From positions 1,037,811 to 1,101,810 of the forward strand of contig MPMM01000001.1 in NCBI GenBank assembly GCA_002238505.1: a stretch of 64,000 bases of DNA, written 5' to 3'. Positions 28,848-38,124 of this stretch are shown piece after piece. Made by a program: the position numbers and the translations under genes. Positions within the stretch are counted from its first letter, which is position 1. Each line of letters opens with the position of its first letter. The notes under the pieces are model-generated. The model saw only the letters and a program-made list of their open reading frames with translations, did no database searches and was not told where the DNA came from. Source of the stretch: SAR202 cluster bacterium bin22. GTDB lineage: Bacteria; Chloroflexota; Dehalococcoidia; Lucifugimonadales; UBA3495.

Positions 28848-29239
28848 CGTTGTCGTCCATCCCTGTAACTAATATCGAGGGCAGAATAGCATAAAGGCTG
28901 GCGTGGTAATACCCTGCGTAGTCCACCCACCCTGTAGTGAATAATCTGCCCCTCACGGGGAAGAGAAGAAGCCCCCGGGAAAACCAATATTCATGCCATT
29001 TTCGACCATTTATTAGCACTTCGTATCTGGAACAGTTCCTTCAACGGCAAGATATATGCCAGAATGGCGGCATCCTTGAGCACTGCCGCAATTGAAACAC
29101 AGGCCCGATGAACAGTTTATGGCGCAATATGGCAGCTTTTCTGCAGGCTCAGGTTACTCCTTTTCCGGGCAGTCCATTCACTATGTTACTCAATGGTTAT
29201 GCAGTCCGGGGAGGGGCAAGTGCACGGTCTTTCGATTGT

Positions 29240-29880
29240 ATCGGTGCAGACTCTTCCTCCGCTCGCTCTAAGCCTGTCGAAGATCCCACCACCAACGATT
29301 TCATCAATAACAGCCTCTCCCTGTGGATAACCGTCTCCGTGCCCCCTCTTGGAAAACCACCATCCTCTAGACACCACCCCCTTCCCACCCTGGATAACCC
29401 GCCCCTACTATTAACAGACAATAACAGCAAAGGACCAGCCACCCGGGCACAAACCCTGTCGCCAGGAACCCCTGTCATCCTGGGCAAAACCGGAGGACCT
29501 GAAATCCATGCAGAGAACCATGTCCCGTCAACCCCAGTCAGAATTCCCCCCTCGCCCCTTGGGAAAGGGGCGCAAGATGAGGGAAACACCCTTTCATCAA
29601 CCTGTCATCTGCCCCCATCCCCAGCTACTAAACAACAGGGAATAAAAGGAAATGACTGGAGAAAACAAAATTCACCCTTTTCACGTAGGGGCGGGTTTCA
29701 AACTCGCCCTTGACCCTGGCAACAAAGAAACCCGAACGAACCGACACCAACCCCAAAAACCAGACTCGCCCCTCGCCCTGTCGGACAAGGGCCAGGTGCA
29801 GGGTATTTCGATTATTTTGGTAGAGTCTTTTCCACCGTTCGCCCTGAGCCCGTCGAAGGGCCGCCCGGAATGGTTCTCCA
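29240..29880 (+). repeat. Composite cluster B of the same GC-rich repeat modules
   Basis: 29371-29870 is collinear with 14567-15150. Compare ACACCACCCCCTTCC(C/T)ACCCTGG.TAACCC at both starts, the GTAGGGGCGGGTTTCAAACTCGCCCTT module at 29685-29711, CCCCTCGCCC...GGG modules at about 29545 and 29768, and GTTCGCCCTGAGCCCGTCGAAGGGCC at about 29843. Confidence 0.85.
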
Positions 29881-30139
29881 GGCTCACCACGAACAAACTC
29901 GAGGAGTTGCCACTGACAATCGAAAGACCCTGGGGGCAAGTGGCAGCAAACGAAAAATGGAGAACCTGGGAGCAATACCGATGGAGCCGAAGAAGACACC
30001 GTAGCCAGTATCCGCCCTTGCATTTCCGGCAACCCAATGCAACAATGCAACCTGATTTTCGCCCAATTCAGGGGGAATTCGCCTCGCAAGAGGGCTGTTC
30101 TGTCGCAGTCCATGCGGGCCACACCAGGAGACTCGTCCC

Positions 30140-31342
30140 ATGCCCGGACTTCTCGAAGGCGTCAAAGTCATCGATTTCACCCATTACTTTGCTGGCCCTT
30201 ACTGTACCAAGCTGCTGGCCACCCTGGGCGCAGAAGTCATCAAGATCGAACGCCCCGGCAGCGGTGACCCCATCCGCGCGATTCCTCCCTTCGCCAGCCA
30301 GCGTCAACCTGGCGAAAGCGGAGCTTGGTTCCTTTATCTGAACACCTCCAAGAAGAGCGTTACCCTGGACCTCAAGACTGAAAAGGGCCGGGACCTGGCG
30401 CTTAAGCTGGTTGCAGAAGCGGACATTGTGGTGGAGAACTTCGCGCCCGGAGTAATGGGGCGGCTGGGACTGGATTACGAGGCGCTGAGCGGTGTTAATC
30501 CGGCCCTGGTGATGACTTCCATTTCCAATTACGGACAGACAGGACCCTACCGGGACTGGAAGGCTGATGAAATCAACCTCTATGCCACCGGGGGCCTGAT
30601 GAACATTACGGGCGAACCCGAGGAACCGCCACTGAAGGAGGGAGCCCCCCTGTCCCAGCTTGGCGCAGGTCAGAACGCCTTTGTCGCCACCATGACCGCG
30701 CTCTTCCATGCAGAGGACACGGAAGAAGGGCAACACATTGACCTGGCCATCGCTGAATACGCCACCAATGTGCTGGAGAACGCACTGATGCAGTACAGCT
30801 ACTCGGGCGTGGAGTTCACCCGGGTAGGCAACCGGGGATACGGCCGGGCCGCCTGGGGCATCTACCCCTGCCAGGACGGCTTCGTTGGCATAATTGCAGG
30901 ACCGGACCAGAATTGGCCCGAAGTATCCAACATAATGGACAGTGAAGAACTGGCGGACCCCCGGTTCGCTTCACGCCAGGGACGCCTGCTGAATGCAGAT
31001 GAAGTGGATGCATTGATGCTGCCCTGGCTGCTGGAGCACGACAAGGTGGACATTTTCAAAGCCGGGCAAGACCATGGCCTGGGCTTTTCCTTCGTGGCCG
31101 GCATGCAGGACATCCTGGAAATGGAACAACTGGTGGCCCGTGACTACTTTGTTGAACTGGACCACCCCATAGCCGGAAACTACCGGTACCCCGGACCTCC
31201 CATAAGCCCGGACTCCGGGAAGTTTGAAGCCTGGGTTTACCGGCGGGCCCCGCTGCTGGCTGAGCATAACCTGGCGGTGCTGGGCGACCTGGGTTACGAC
31301 AGCCAGGGAGTGGAACAACTTTTTGCCGAAGGAGTCATCTAG
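30140..31342 (+). CDS. Family III CoA-transferase (CaiB/BaiF)
   Basis: 400 aa with GVKVIDFTHYFAGPYCTKLLATLGAEVIKIERP. AGGAGA RBS. Confidence 0.9.
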   Translation: MPGLLEGVKVIDFTHYFAGPYCTKLLATLGAEVIKIERPGSGDPIRAIPPFASQRQPGESGAWFLYLNTSKKSVTLDLKTEKGRDLALKLVAEADIVVENFAPGVMGRLGLDYEALSGVNPALVMTSISNYGQTGPYRDWKADEINLYATGGLMNITGEPEEPPLKEGAPLSQLGAGQNAFVATMTALFHAEDTEEGQHIDLAIAEYATNVLENALMQYSYSGVEFTRVGNRGYGRAAWGIYPCQDGFVGIIAGPDQNWPEVSNIMDSEELADPRFASRQGRLLNADEVDALMLPWLLEHDKVDIFKAGQDHGLGFSFVAGMQDILEMEQLVARDYFVELDHPIAGNYRYPGPPISPDSGKFEAWVYRRAPLLAEHNLAVLGDLGYDSQGVEQLFAEGVI

Positions 31343-32617
31343 TTGAGCGCGGCACAACCCCTGAAGAACTTTCGCATACTGGACCTGTCGCGAATCTGGG
31401 CGGGGCCCTACTGCACCAAGCTCTTGGCAGACATGGGCGCCGAGGTCATCAAAATGGAGTCGCTGCGGGTCTATGACTCGCACCGGGGCCCAATTACCCC
31501 GGCGCCCGGAATTGCGGCGTACCCCGATTCGGACCCCGGGGAGGAAGCCTGGAACCGCAATGGATGGTTCAACTGCCTCCACATGAGCAAATATGGCATT
31601 ACCCTGGAACTGACCGAAGAGAAGGGAAGAAGGGTTTTCGAGGAACTCGTTTCAATCAGCGACGTAGTGGTGGAGAACTTCCGCCAGGGCAGCTTGTCCC
31701 GGCTGGGCTATGATTACGAGACCTTGCGCCAGATTCGGCCGGACCTGATTTATGCCTCGATGCCCGCCTTCGGCAACAGCGGACCGTGGCAGAATTACGT
31801 CGCTTACGGCATCGGGCAGGAGCAGCTTTCGGGCATGGCCCATATGACCGGGTATGCAAATGACGGGCCAATGAAATCTGGCATCAATCACGGCGACCCC
31901 ATTACCGGGTCCCATGCTGCCGGAGTTCTGCTGGCCGCGCTGCGTTACCGTCGCCGCACTGGCAAGGGAATGTTTGTGGACGTTTCTCAGCAGGAATCGG
32001 CGGTGGCGCTGATTGGCGGCGAGGTCGTAGCCTACCAGATCAGCGGCGAAGAACCGGAACGCATGGGCAATCACTCACCCTGGTTCGCCCCCCAGAACGC
32101 TTATCCCTGCGCGGGGGAAGACCGGTGGGTAACCATTGGCGTCACCAATGACACCCAGTGGCGCAGCCTGGCGGAAGCCATTGGGCAGCCGGAACTGGCC
32201 GATGACCCCAGGTTTGCTACGAATCAGGACCGACTGCAGCACCGGCGGGAGCTGGACCAGATCCTTGGCGCCTGGGCAGCGGACAAGGACATGTGGGATG
32301 CGACCCACCAACTGCAGGAGAAGAACGTCCCCGCCGGGCCTGTTTTGCGAGGGCCCGACCTGCTGGATAATCCCCATTACACCGACCGGGGCACTTTCAA
32401 CTATGTGGACCACCCCCGGACGGGACCCAAGTGGTACCAGGGGTTTGCTTGGCGAATGTCGAAGACTCCCGGGCAAGTGCACTGGCCGTCGCCCACGTTG
32501 GGCCAGCACAACCGCCAGATTTACCGTGAGCTACTGGGAATCAGAGACGAGAGCATAGACGACCTGGAGTCTGGCGGCGTCATCGGTACGAAGCCCACCG
32601 GGTCGCGGATTATTTAG
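31343..32617 (+). CDS. Family III CoA-transferase (CaiB/BaiF), second copy
   Basis: 424 aa with FRILDLSRIWAGPYCTKLLADMGAEVIKMES. The TTG start directly abuts the preceding stop, with an AAGGAG RBS inside the upstream gene. Confidence 0.9.
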   Translation: MSAAQPLKNFRILDLSRIWAGPYCTKLLADMGAEVIKMESLRVYDSHRGPITPAPGIAAYPDSDPGEEAWNRNGWFNCLHMSKYGITLELTEEKGRRVFEELVSISDVVVENFRQGSLSRLGYDYETLRQIRPDLIYASMPAFGNSGPWQNYVAYGIGQEQLSGMAHMTGYANDGPMKSGINHGDPITGSHAAGVLLAALRYRRRTGKGMFVDVSQQESAVALIGGEVVAYQISGEEPERMGNHSPWFAPQNAYPCAGEDRWVTIGVTNDTQWRSLAEAIGQPELADDPRFATNQDRLQHRRELDQILGAWAADKDMWDATHQLQEKNVPAGPVLRGPDLLDNPHYTDRGTFNYVDHPRTGPKWYQGFAWRMSKTPGQVHWPSPTLGQHNRQIYRELLGIRDESIDDLESGGVIGTKPTGSRII

Positions 32618-32706
32618 TTAAATCTGGAAGGGAGACGGCAGGGGCTGTTAAGGCCACCCCCATGAACTGCGCCTCGCCGTCCTCAGCAACTAAGGAGGAA
32701 ACTGTC

Positions 32707-33480
32707 TTGACCACCCAGACCGAACCCGAAGCAATTTACGAGATCAAGGAAGGCATTGCCTATATCACCATGAATCGCCCTGAGAAGCTGAACGCGATTG
32801 ACCCCAATATGCGTCAGTTGCTGTGGGAGTCCTTTCAGGACGTGAAGAATAACCCAGAAGTGCGCTGCGCCATCGTAACGGGGCGAGGTCGCGCTTTCTC
32901 GACCGGTCATGACCTGGTAGCAATGGCCAACGACCAGGCCAACGAGGGCGTGACCACCGGCGACTTGTACGTAGAGCAGTCCAAGATATACAAGCCCATC
33001 ATTTCCGCCATTAACGGCATATGCCTGGCCCAGGGCTGCGGCATTGCGCTGGGCAGCGACATCCGCATAGCCTCGACGGAAGCCAGGTTTGGCTGGCCCC
33101 AGGCGAAGCGCGGCATTTCCTCGGTCAGCGGGCCGGCCCTGCTGTCCCAGGTGGTGCCGAGGAACATCGCCTTTGAGTTCCTGTTTACCGGGGAGTTCGT
33201 GAATGCGCAGCGGGCACTGGACCTGATGCTGGTCAACTACGTGGTCGAGCCCGATGAGGTGATGCCCAGGGCCGAGGAGATGGCCCGGATGATTATCGCC
33301 AACGCGCCGCTTTCCCTGGCTGCCATCAAGGAGGCGTCCATCAAGGGATCGGAAATGGGAATGCAGGAAAGGGTGGATTTCGCCCAGCAGAAAAGGAACG
33401 AAATTCTGGAAACCGAGGACGCCCAGGAAGGCGTGCGGGCCTTCGCCGAGAAGCGGGCCCCGGTCTGGAAGGGGCGATAA
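32707..33480 (+). CDS. Enoyl-CoA hydratase/isomerase family protein
   Basis: Contains IAYITMNRPEKLNA, GRGRAFSTGHDL, GICLAQGCGIALGSDIRIAS and EGVRAFAEKRAPVWKGR. I chose the TTG at 32707, 7 nt after AAGGAGG. The ORF-track ATG at 32662 has no RBS. Confidence 0.85.
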   Translation: MTTQTEPEAIYEIKEGIAYITMNRPEKLNAIDPNMRQLLWESFQDVKNNPEVRCAIVTGRGRAFSTGHDLVAMANDQANEGVTTGDLYVEQSKIYKPIISAINGICLAQGCGIALGSDIRIASTEARFGWPQAKRGISSVSGPALLSQVVPRNIAFEFLFTGEFVNAQRALDLMLVNYVVEPDEVMPRAEEMARMIIANAPLSLAAIKEASIKGSEMGMQERVDFAQQKRNEILETEDAQEGVRAFAEKRAPVWKGR

Positions 33481-33508
33481 TCAGGTAGGAAACCCAGCCA
33501 AGTCACGA

Positions 33509-33535
33509 GGCGCCGGGGGAAATTCCCCGGCGCCT
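33509..33535. terminator. Bidirectional terminator hairpin
   Basis: GGCGCCGGGG-AAATT-CCCCGGCGCC followed by TTGATTTTT. Lies between convergent genes. Confidence 0.7.
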
Positions 33536-33563
33536 TGATTTTTGCCTGTTTTACATGGGCTGG

Positions 33564-35123
33564 TTACTGGGAGCGGAGAGCCCTTCCCGCCTTGGCTCCG
33601 GTATGCACGCCGTTGTCAATGACGACTCGGCCATTAACGATGACGTAATCTATCCCTTCCGGATATTGTTTGGGGTCCTCAAAGGTGGCTTTGGCTTCCA
33701 CCCGTTCGGGGTCGAATACCACCAGGTCAGCCTTCATGCCGTCGCGAATGATGCCCCTATCTTTGAGGCCTAATCGCTGCGCCGGGTATGAGGTCATTTT
33801 CCGGACACCCTCCTCCAGGGGGAACAAGCCCTCTTCCCGAACAAACTGTCCAAGGACGTAGGGGAAAGTGCCGTAGGATCGGGGATTAGGATAGTCCCCG
33901 GTCAGCAAGCCGTCAGACCCCACCATCTGGGCAGGATGTTTGGCTATACTGCGGATGTTCTCGGGATTTCCGGTGCGGGCAACAAAAGCTACTTCAAGGT
34001 TTTCCTCAATGAGCAGGTCGCAGATGGCGTCCACCATGCGTTTGCCCTGGTGCTCGGCCAGGTCAACCAGGGAACGCCCCTCCCACTCCTTATTCTTCTG
34101 CGAGCCAATGTGGCTGAAAATGTAGTGGTCAAGACTGAGGCCCCACTGGGGTTCGACCGTATCGCCGATCTCATCACGAATGCTTTGCTCGTGAATGCGT
34201 CGGAAGAGGAGGCTGGGCCCCCCGGCGTGGACCCAGTAGGGCAGCAGGGAATGCAAAACCGTACTGGCTGCCGGGTAGGGATACTGGTCGAAGGTTACGT
34301 CGATGCCCGCGTCCCTGCCCTCGTCCACCAAGGACACCATTCGACGGCCAAGGCCTTCCACCGGGCTGTGGTAATGGGAAATGTGGACCGGAACCCCGCT
34401 CTGTTGCCCGACGTTCATCGCCTCCCGGAAGGGGTCCAGAAGCCGGTCGCCCAGGCTGTAGCGGGCATGAGTCATATAGAATCCACCGTAGTCCTTAATG
34501 GCCTCGCATACGGCCACCAGTTCATCGGTGTCGCTGTAGGCGCCGGGGGGATAGGTAAGCCCGGTGGAAAAACCGAAGGCGCCGTCCCGCATGCCCTGCC
34601 GGGCCAGTTCCTGCATCCGGGTGGTTTCGTCATCGGTAGGCAATCGGTCGGCCCAACCCATAGCCTCCACGCGAATAGCAGCGTGGGGTACGAAATAGAC
34701 CACGTTGCAAGAAATCCGGTTGTCCAGCAGATCAAGGAACTCGCTGACCCGGCCCCACCGAACGTCCTGTGGTGGCGTTCCGTTAATTGCAGCAAGGTAA
34801 GTCAGCAGCTCTTCAAGGTGAGCCGGGGAGGTGGGAGCGTAGGACAGCCCGTCCATTCCCAAGGCATCGGTGGTAACGCCCTGCCTGAGCTTGGCTTCAT
34901 TGGCCGGGTCAGTTAGAAGCATCAGGTCGGAATGCGAATGCATATCTATGAACCCGGGACAGATAATGTTGCCATCGGCGTTGATAACACGGTCTGCCGC
35001 CACCGATGAGGTATCGCCCCGCAAGACAGTGACAGTATCACCGTCTATTCCAACGCTTCCTCGGAACCAGGTCTGCCCGGTACCGTCGATAATGCGGCCC
35101 CGGTCAATCAGCAAATCAAACAT
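33564..35123 (-). CDS. N-acyl-D-amino-acid deacylase (D-aminoacylase, amidohydrolase superfamily)
   Basis: 519 aa. MFDLLIDRGRIIDGTGQTWFRGSVGIDGDTV...GNIICPGFIDMHSHSD is the canonical D-aminoacylase N-terminus. C-terminal ADLVVFDPERV. Confidence 0.9.
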   Translation of the reverse strand: MFDLLIDRGRIIDGTGQTWFRGSVGIDGDTVTVLRGDTSSVAADRVINADGNIICPGFIDMHSHSDLMLLTDPANEAKLRQGVTTDALGMDGLSYAPTSPAHLEELLTYLAAINGTPPQDVRWGRVSEFLDLLDNRISCNVVYFVPHAAIRVEAMGWADRLPTDDETTRMQELARQGMRDGAFGFSTGLTYPPGAYSDTDELVAVCEAIKDYGGFYMTHARYSLGDRLLDPFREAMNVGQQSGVPVHISHYHSPVEGLGRRMVSLVDEGRDAGIDVTFDQYPYPAASTVLHSLLPYWVHAGGPSLLFRRIHEQSIRDEIGDTVEPQWGLSLDHYIFSHIGSQKNKEWEGRSLVDLAEHQGKRMVDAICDLLIEENLEVAFVARTGNPENIRSIAKHPAQMVGSDGLLTGDYPNPRSYGTFPYVLGQFVREEGLFPLEEGVRKMTSYPAQRLGLKDRGIIRDGMKADLVVFDPERVEAKATFEDPKQYPEGIDYVIVNGRVVIDNGVHTGAKAGRALRSQ

Positions 35124-35273
35124 TAGCTTGCCTCACAAACAAAGTTGTGGAAAAATGCCGTATTTCGCAATGATTCTAACCACTCTGTGACGAGATGGTG
35201 CAGTTGCTTGATTATCATTGGCAAGACGGGCATAAAGCACAACATATACTGTAGATTATAGCTGGATAATAAT

Positions 35274-35302
35274 TTGACAATGGAAGTGGATGAAAGTATT
35301 AT
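35274..35302 (+). promoter_or_regulatory. Near-consensus sigma-70 promoter ~415 nt upstream of panD
   Basis: TTGACA-N17-TATTAT, within an AT-richer 590-nt intergenic region. Confidence 0.6.
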
Positions 35303-35417
35303 GCGTCTGCACCGCACCCTAATCAAAAGGGGGTTTCCAAGGATGCGTGTAAGTTTAGCACGACAGGGTAAGATCATCCCTTACTCTACGGAGCCCGAAG
35401 GGCAGAAGAACTTTTGT

Positions 35418-35455
35418 GCCGGGTCCCGGTACGATATTAATTCCCGGCGTTTTTT
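35418..35455 (+). terminator. Candidate intrinsic terminator / expression platform
   Basis: GCCGGG ... CCCGGC followed by GTTTTTT. The 5-prime arm can alternatively form GUGCCGG-GUC-CCGGUAC (35416-35432). Confidence 0.45.
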
Positions 35456-35716
35456 CACCTACTTCGGAAATACAGCCTCTCTACCGAGCCGCCAACTCCC
35501 CTGCGAGCATTAGCTCCTTCCACGCTGAACAACTTAGAGTCTTTGTTGGGCAAGTGTGGCTGATACTTAGTCGCTAGAACTACAGCGCAAACGTATCCAA
35601 AAGGTGTGGAACGACTCTACCAGGTAGCTCTTTGAGCCCCGGCTGTAGAGACTCGTGCGCTTTCTTATTCGAGAGATCAATCGGAATCAAACGGACAATA
35701 CAAGGAGGAGAAATAC

Positions 35717-36085
35717 ATGCGACAACTCATGAGGTCCAAGATTCACCGGGCGACAGTCACCAACTGCGACGAGAGCTATATTGGAAGCATCGTTATCGAC
35801 CAGAATCTGATGGACAAGTCGGACATCTGGGAGTACGAGAAGGTACTGGTTTGTGACGTAAACAACGGCGCCCGGTTTGAGACCTACGCGATCTCCGGCG
35901 AGCGGGGCAGCGGAATCATATCTGTCCAGGGAGCTGCAGCCAAGCTTACGAACCCCGGCAACAAGGTAATCATCATGGCCTTTGAGGTTACCGACGAACC
36001 GGTCCGGCCCAAGGCGATCCTGGTCACCGATGACAACGTTTTCGACTATTACCTTACGGAGATCGAAAATGCAATTGCAGTTTAG
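35717..36085 (+). CDS. panD: Aspartate 1-decarboxylase (pyruvoyl-dependent)
   Basis: 122 aa. [24 protein letters not shown] carries the G-S self-cleavage site, plus [38 protein letters not shown]. Confidence 0.95.
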   Translation: MRQLMRSKIHRATVTNCDESYIGSIVIDQNLMDKSDIWEYEKVLVCDVNNGARFETYAISGERGSGIISVQGAAAKLTNPGNKVIIMAFEVTDEPVRPKAILVTDDNVFDYYLTEIENAIAV

Positions 36086-36890
36086 CGAGTCAGAAACCGA
36101 ACAATATTACGACCATGAAGATGCCGTTTACCGGGCTCTGTGGGACAAGGACGGCAGCGTTCACTGGGGTTTGTTCGAAGATGGCGCCAACATGACCTTC
36201 CTGGAAGCCGGCGCCAACCTGAACAAGGTAATGGCGGAGCGGGGGCAGCTGGCCGCCGATTCCAACGTCATTGACGTGGGTTGCGGCAGCGGCACTACCG
36301 CGATTGCCCTTTGCAAGGCCGTTGGCTGCCAGATAACCGGAGTGGATTTGAGCGGCGTTCGCATTGCCAACGCCATCGACTCCCTCGAAGAGCACCCGGC
36401 AGAAGTACGGGAGAAGGTCAGCTTCAAGAAGGGTTCCGCGGCGGACCTGCCCATTGAGAAAGAGACCTTTGACCGGGCCTGGAGCCAGGCCACCATTTAC
36501 CACGTACCGGACAAGGTAAAGGTTCTTGAGGAAGTTTACCGGGTGTTGAAGCACGGGGGGATTTTCGTTTTCGACGATCTCATCAAGCCCCAGCCCAATA
36601 TCAGCGAGAAGGCCGTCAAGTTCGTATACGAGCGACTGCTGTTCGACACGGACTTTTCCTTCGAGTCTTACCAGGTAGCGTTGAAAGACGCAGGATTCGA
36701 GGTACTGGAAGCCGAGGATATTTCCCGGCACCTGAAGACCAGCTACCTTATGCTGAGCGACGCTGCTTCCAAGGGCAACGAAGAGCACCTGGAACGGTTT
36801 GCGTTCCTGGCCGAGGCCTACAAGGAGACCGCAGCGGCGGTGGACAATAAGGAACTGGGTTGGGCAATGTTCGTTTGCCGCAAGAAATAG
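36069..36890 (+). CDS. SAM-dependent N-methyltransferase of the sarcosine/dimethylglycine (betaine-forming) type
   Basis: ATG at 36069 (GGAG RBS) overlaps the panD 3-prime end by 17 nt. [57 protein letters not shown] and the C-terminal [12 protein letters not shown] are collinear with my recollection of cyanobacterial/halophile dimethylglycine N-methyltransferases. Confidence 0.8.
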   Translation: MQLQFSESETEQYYDHEDAVYRALWDKDGSVHWGLFEDGANMTFLEAGANLNKVMAERGQLAADSNVIDVGCGSGTTAIALCKAVGCQITGVDLSGVRIANAIDSLEEHPAEVREKVSFKKGSAADLPIEKETFDRAWSQATIYHVPDKVKVLEEVYRVLKHGGIFVFDDLIKPQPNISEKAVKFVYERLLFDTDFSFESYQVALKDAGFEVLEAEDISRHLKTSYLMLSDAASKGNEEHLERFAFLAEAYKETAAAVDNKELGWAMFVCRKK

Positions 36891-36933
36891 GTTCGCGCCC
36901 ATCGCTTGTGGCAGGCGCAGTTCGAGGTAAGCA

Positions 36934-37560
36934 ATGACTCAAAATGATCGCGTTCAGTGGGTGTATTCCTCTCAGAATGAACAGGAACTGGAGGAACGCT
37001 ACGACCAGTGGGCCGAAGAATACGACGCCGACCTGGAGAGTGACTACGGCTGGATCTCTCCTCAGCGTACTTCCGAATACCTGGCCAAGCACGTAGGAAC
37101 GGACGCCTCCATACTGGATGCCGGGGCAGGAACCGGGCTGGTAGGCGAATGCCTTCACAAGCTGGGTTTCAGCAACATGACGGCAATGGACTTGTCGCTG
37201 GGCATGCTGGAAGTCGCCCGCAGGAAGAACATCTACCAGGGGCTGGACCAGATGACCATGGGCGAAGAGTTGGGCTATGCGACTGGCCAGTTCGATGCTT
37301 CAATCATCGTGGGTGTATTCACCCAGGGCCACGCTCCGGCCAGTTCCATTGATGAACTGGTCCGGGTAGTAAAGGCAGGCGGCCATATCGTCTTCAGCCT
37401 CAGAACTGACACTTACCTGGAAAACGGCTTCAAAGACAAGCTGGACTCTCTCGAGTCTGCCGGGTTGTGGAAACTGGTGGAGGTATCGGACGCCTACCAC
37501 CCTCTGCCAAAAGGGGAGCCTGAAGTTATGCACCAAGTGTGGGTCTTTCAGGTCAGTTAG
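36934..37560 (+). CDS. Class I SAM-dependent methyltransferase (Methyltransf_11/25-like)
   Basis: 208 aa with YDQWAEEYDADL, ILDAGAGTGLVG and VKAGGHIVFSL. Lies 44 nt after the previous methyltransferase. GAGGTA RBS. Confidence 0.8.
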   Translation: MTQNDRVQWVYSSQNEQELEERYDQWAEEYDADLESDYGWISPQRTSEYLAKHVGTDASILDAGAGTGLVGECLHKLGFSNMTAMDLSLGMLEVARRKNIYQGLDQMTMGEELGYATGQFDASIIVGVFTQGHAPASSIDELVRVVKAGGHIVFSLRTDTYLENGFKDKLDSLESAGLWKLVEVSDAYHPLPKGEPEVMHQVWVFQVS

Positions 37561-37592
37561 CCCGTTACGGACAGACTCCTGCTGAAACATTT

Positions 37593-37635
37593 GAGGCCTC
37601 ACCTTATCCCCTTCACGGGAACCGGGTGAGGCCTC
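37593..37635. terminator. 11-bp perfect hairpin between convergent genes
   Basis: GAGGCCTCACC-N21-GGTGAGGCCTC. There is no strong U-tract, so its function as a terminator is uncertain. Confidence 0.4.
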
Positions 37636-37657
37636 GATTCAGTCAATGGAACTGCTG

Positions 37658-38062
37658 CTATTCCCTGGTTTCCATGGGCAATCCCCTGTACCTGACCTCA
37701 TCGACACAAATGGGACACCGTTGCTCAACCGCGTGCCCCACTGCGGGCCAAAAGTCCTCCGACGTTAGTCCGCACAGGTAAATGGGCGCCACTTCCTCTA
37801 TCCCCAGACTTTCAACGTAATGGACCTCGCCTCTCCTCTGGGGGTTTGGCCACCACCAGGGCGTTAACTGCCGGGCCAGATTGTCGATGTGGTCCTTGTG
37901 GTCGTCTTGCCAGCCTTCTTCCGGCAATTCGACAACCCAAGCCCGTCCTTCCGCGCCCGACTGTCTCCGGGCGTTCAAGCGACCTTCGCGGATGTAGCGA
38001 CGGATGACGTCCTGCGACACATTCAAGCGCCGCGACGCCTCCTGAATAGTAACTTCTTCCAA
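37658..38062 (-). CDS. Helix-turn-helix (excisionase/MerR-like HTH_17) protein with an uncharacterised Trp/Cys-containing C-terminal domain
   Basis: 134 aa. N-terminal TIQEASRRLNVSQDVIRRYIREGRL. The C-terminus has WWWPNP and CPIC. TTG start with a GGAGGGG RBS. Lies 62 nt downstream of ilvB. Confidence 0.55.
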   Translation of the reverse strand: MEEVTIQEASRRLNVSQDVIRRYIREGRLNARRQSGAEGRAWVVELPEEGWQDDHKDHIDNLARQLTPWWWPNPQRRGEVHYVESLGIEEVAPIYLCGLTSEDFWPAVGHAVEQRCPICVDEVRYRGLPMETRE

Positions 38063-38124
38063 GACTAATTCCCCTCCATTTGTGGGGTTTGAATTGATCA
38101 GCGCTCCATTGTTCTGAAACCTGG

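Noticed and set aside
35274-35513. 79-aa plus-strand ORF in the panD upstream region
   Set aside because: No RBS. It starts inside the predicted -35/-10 promoter, spans the terminator hairpin and U-tract, and has odd composition. The region is more plausibly non-coding RNA or leader.
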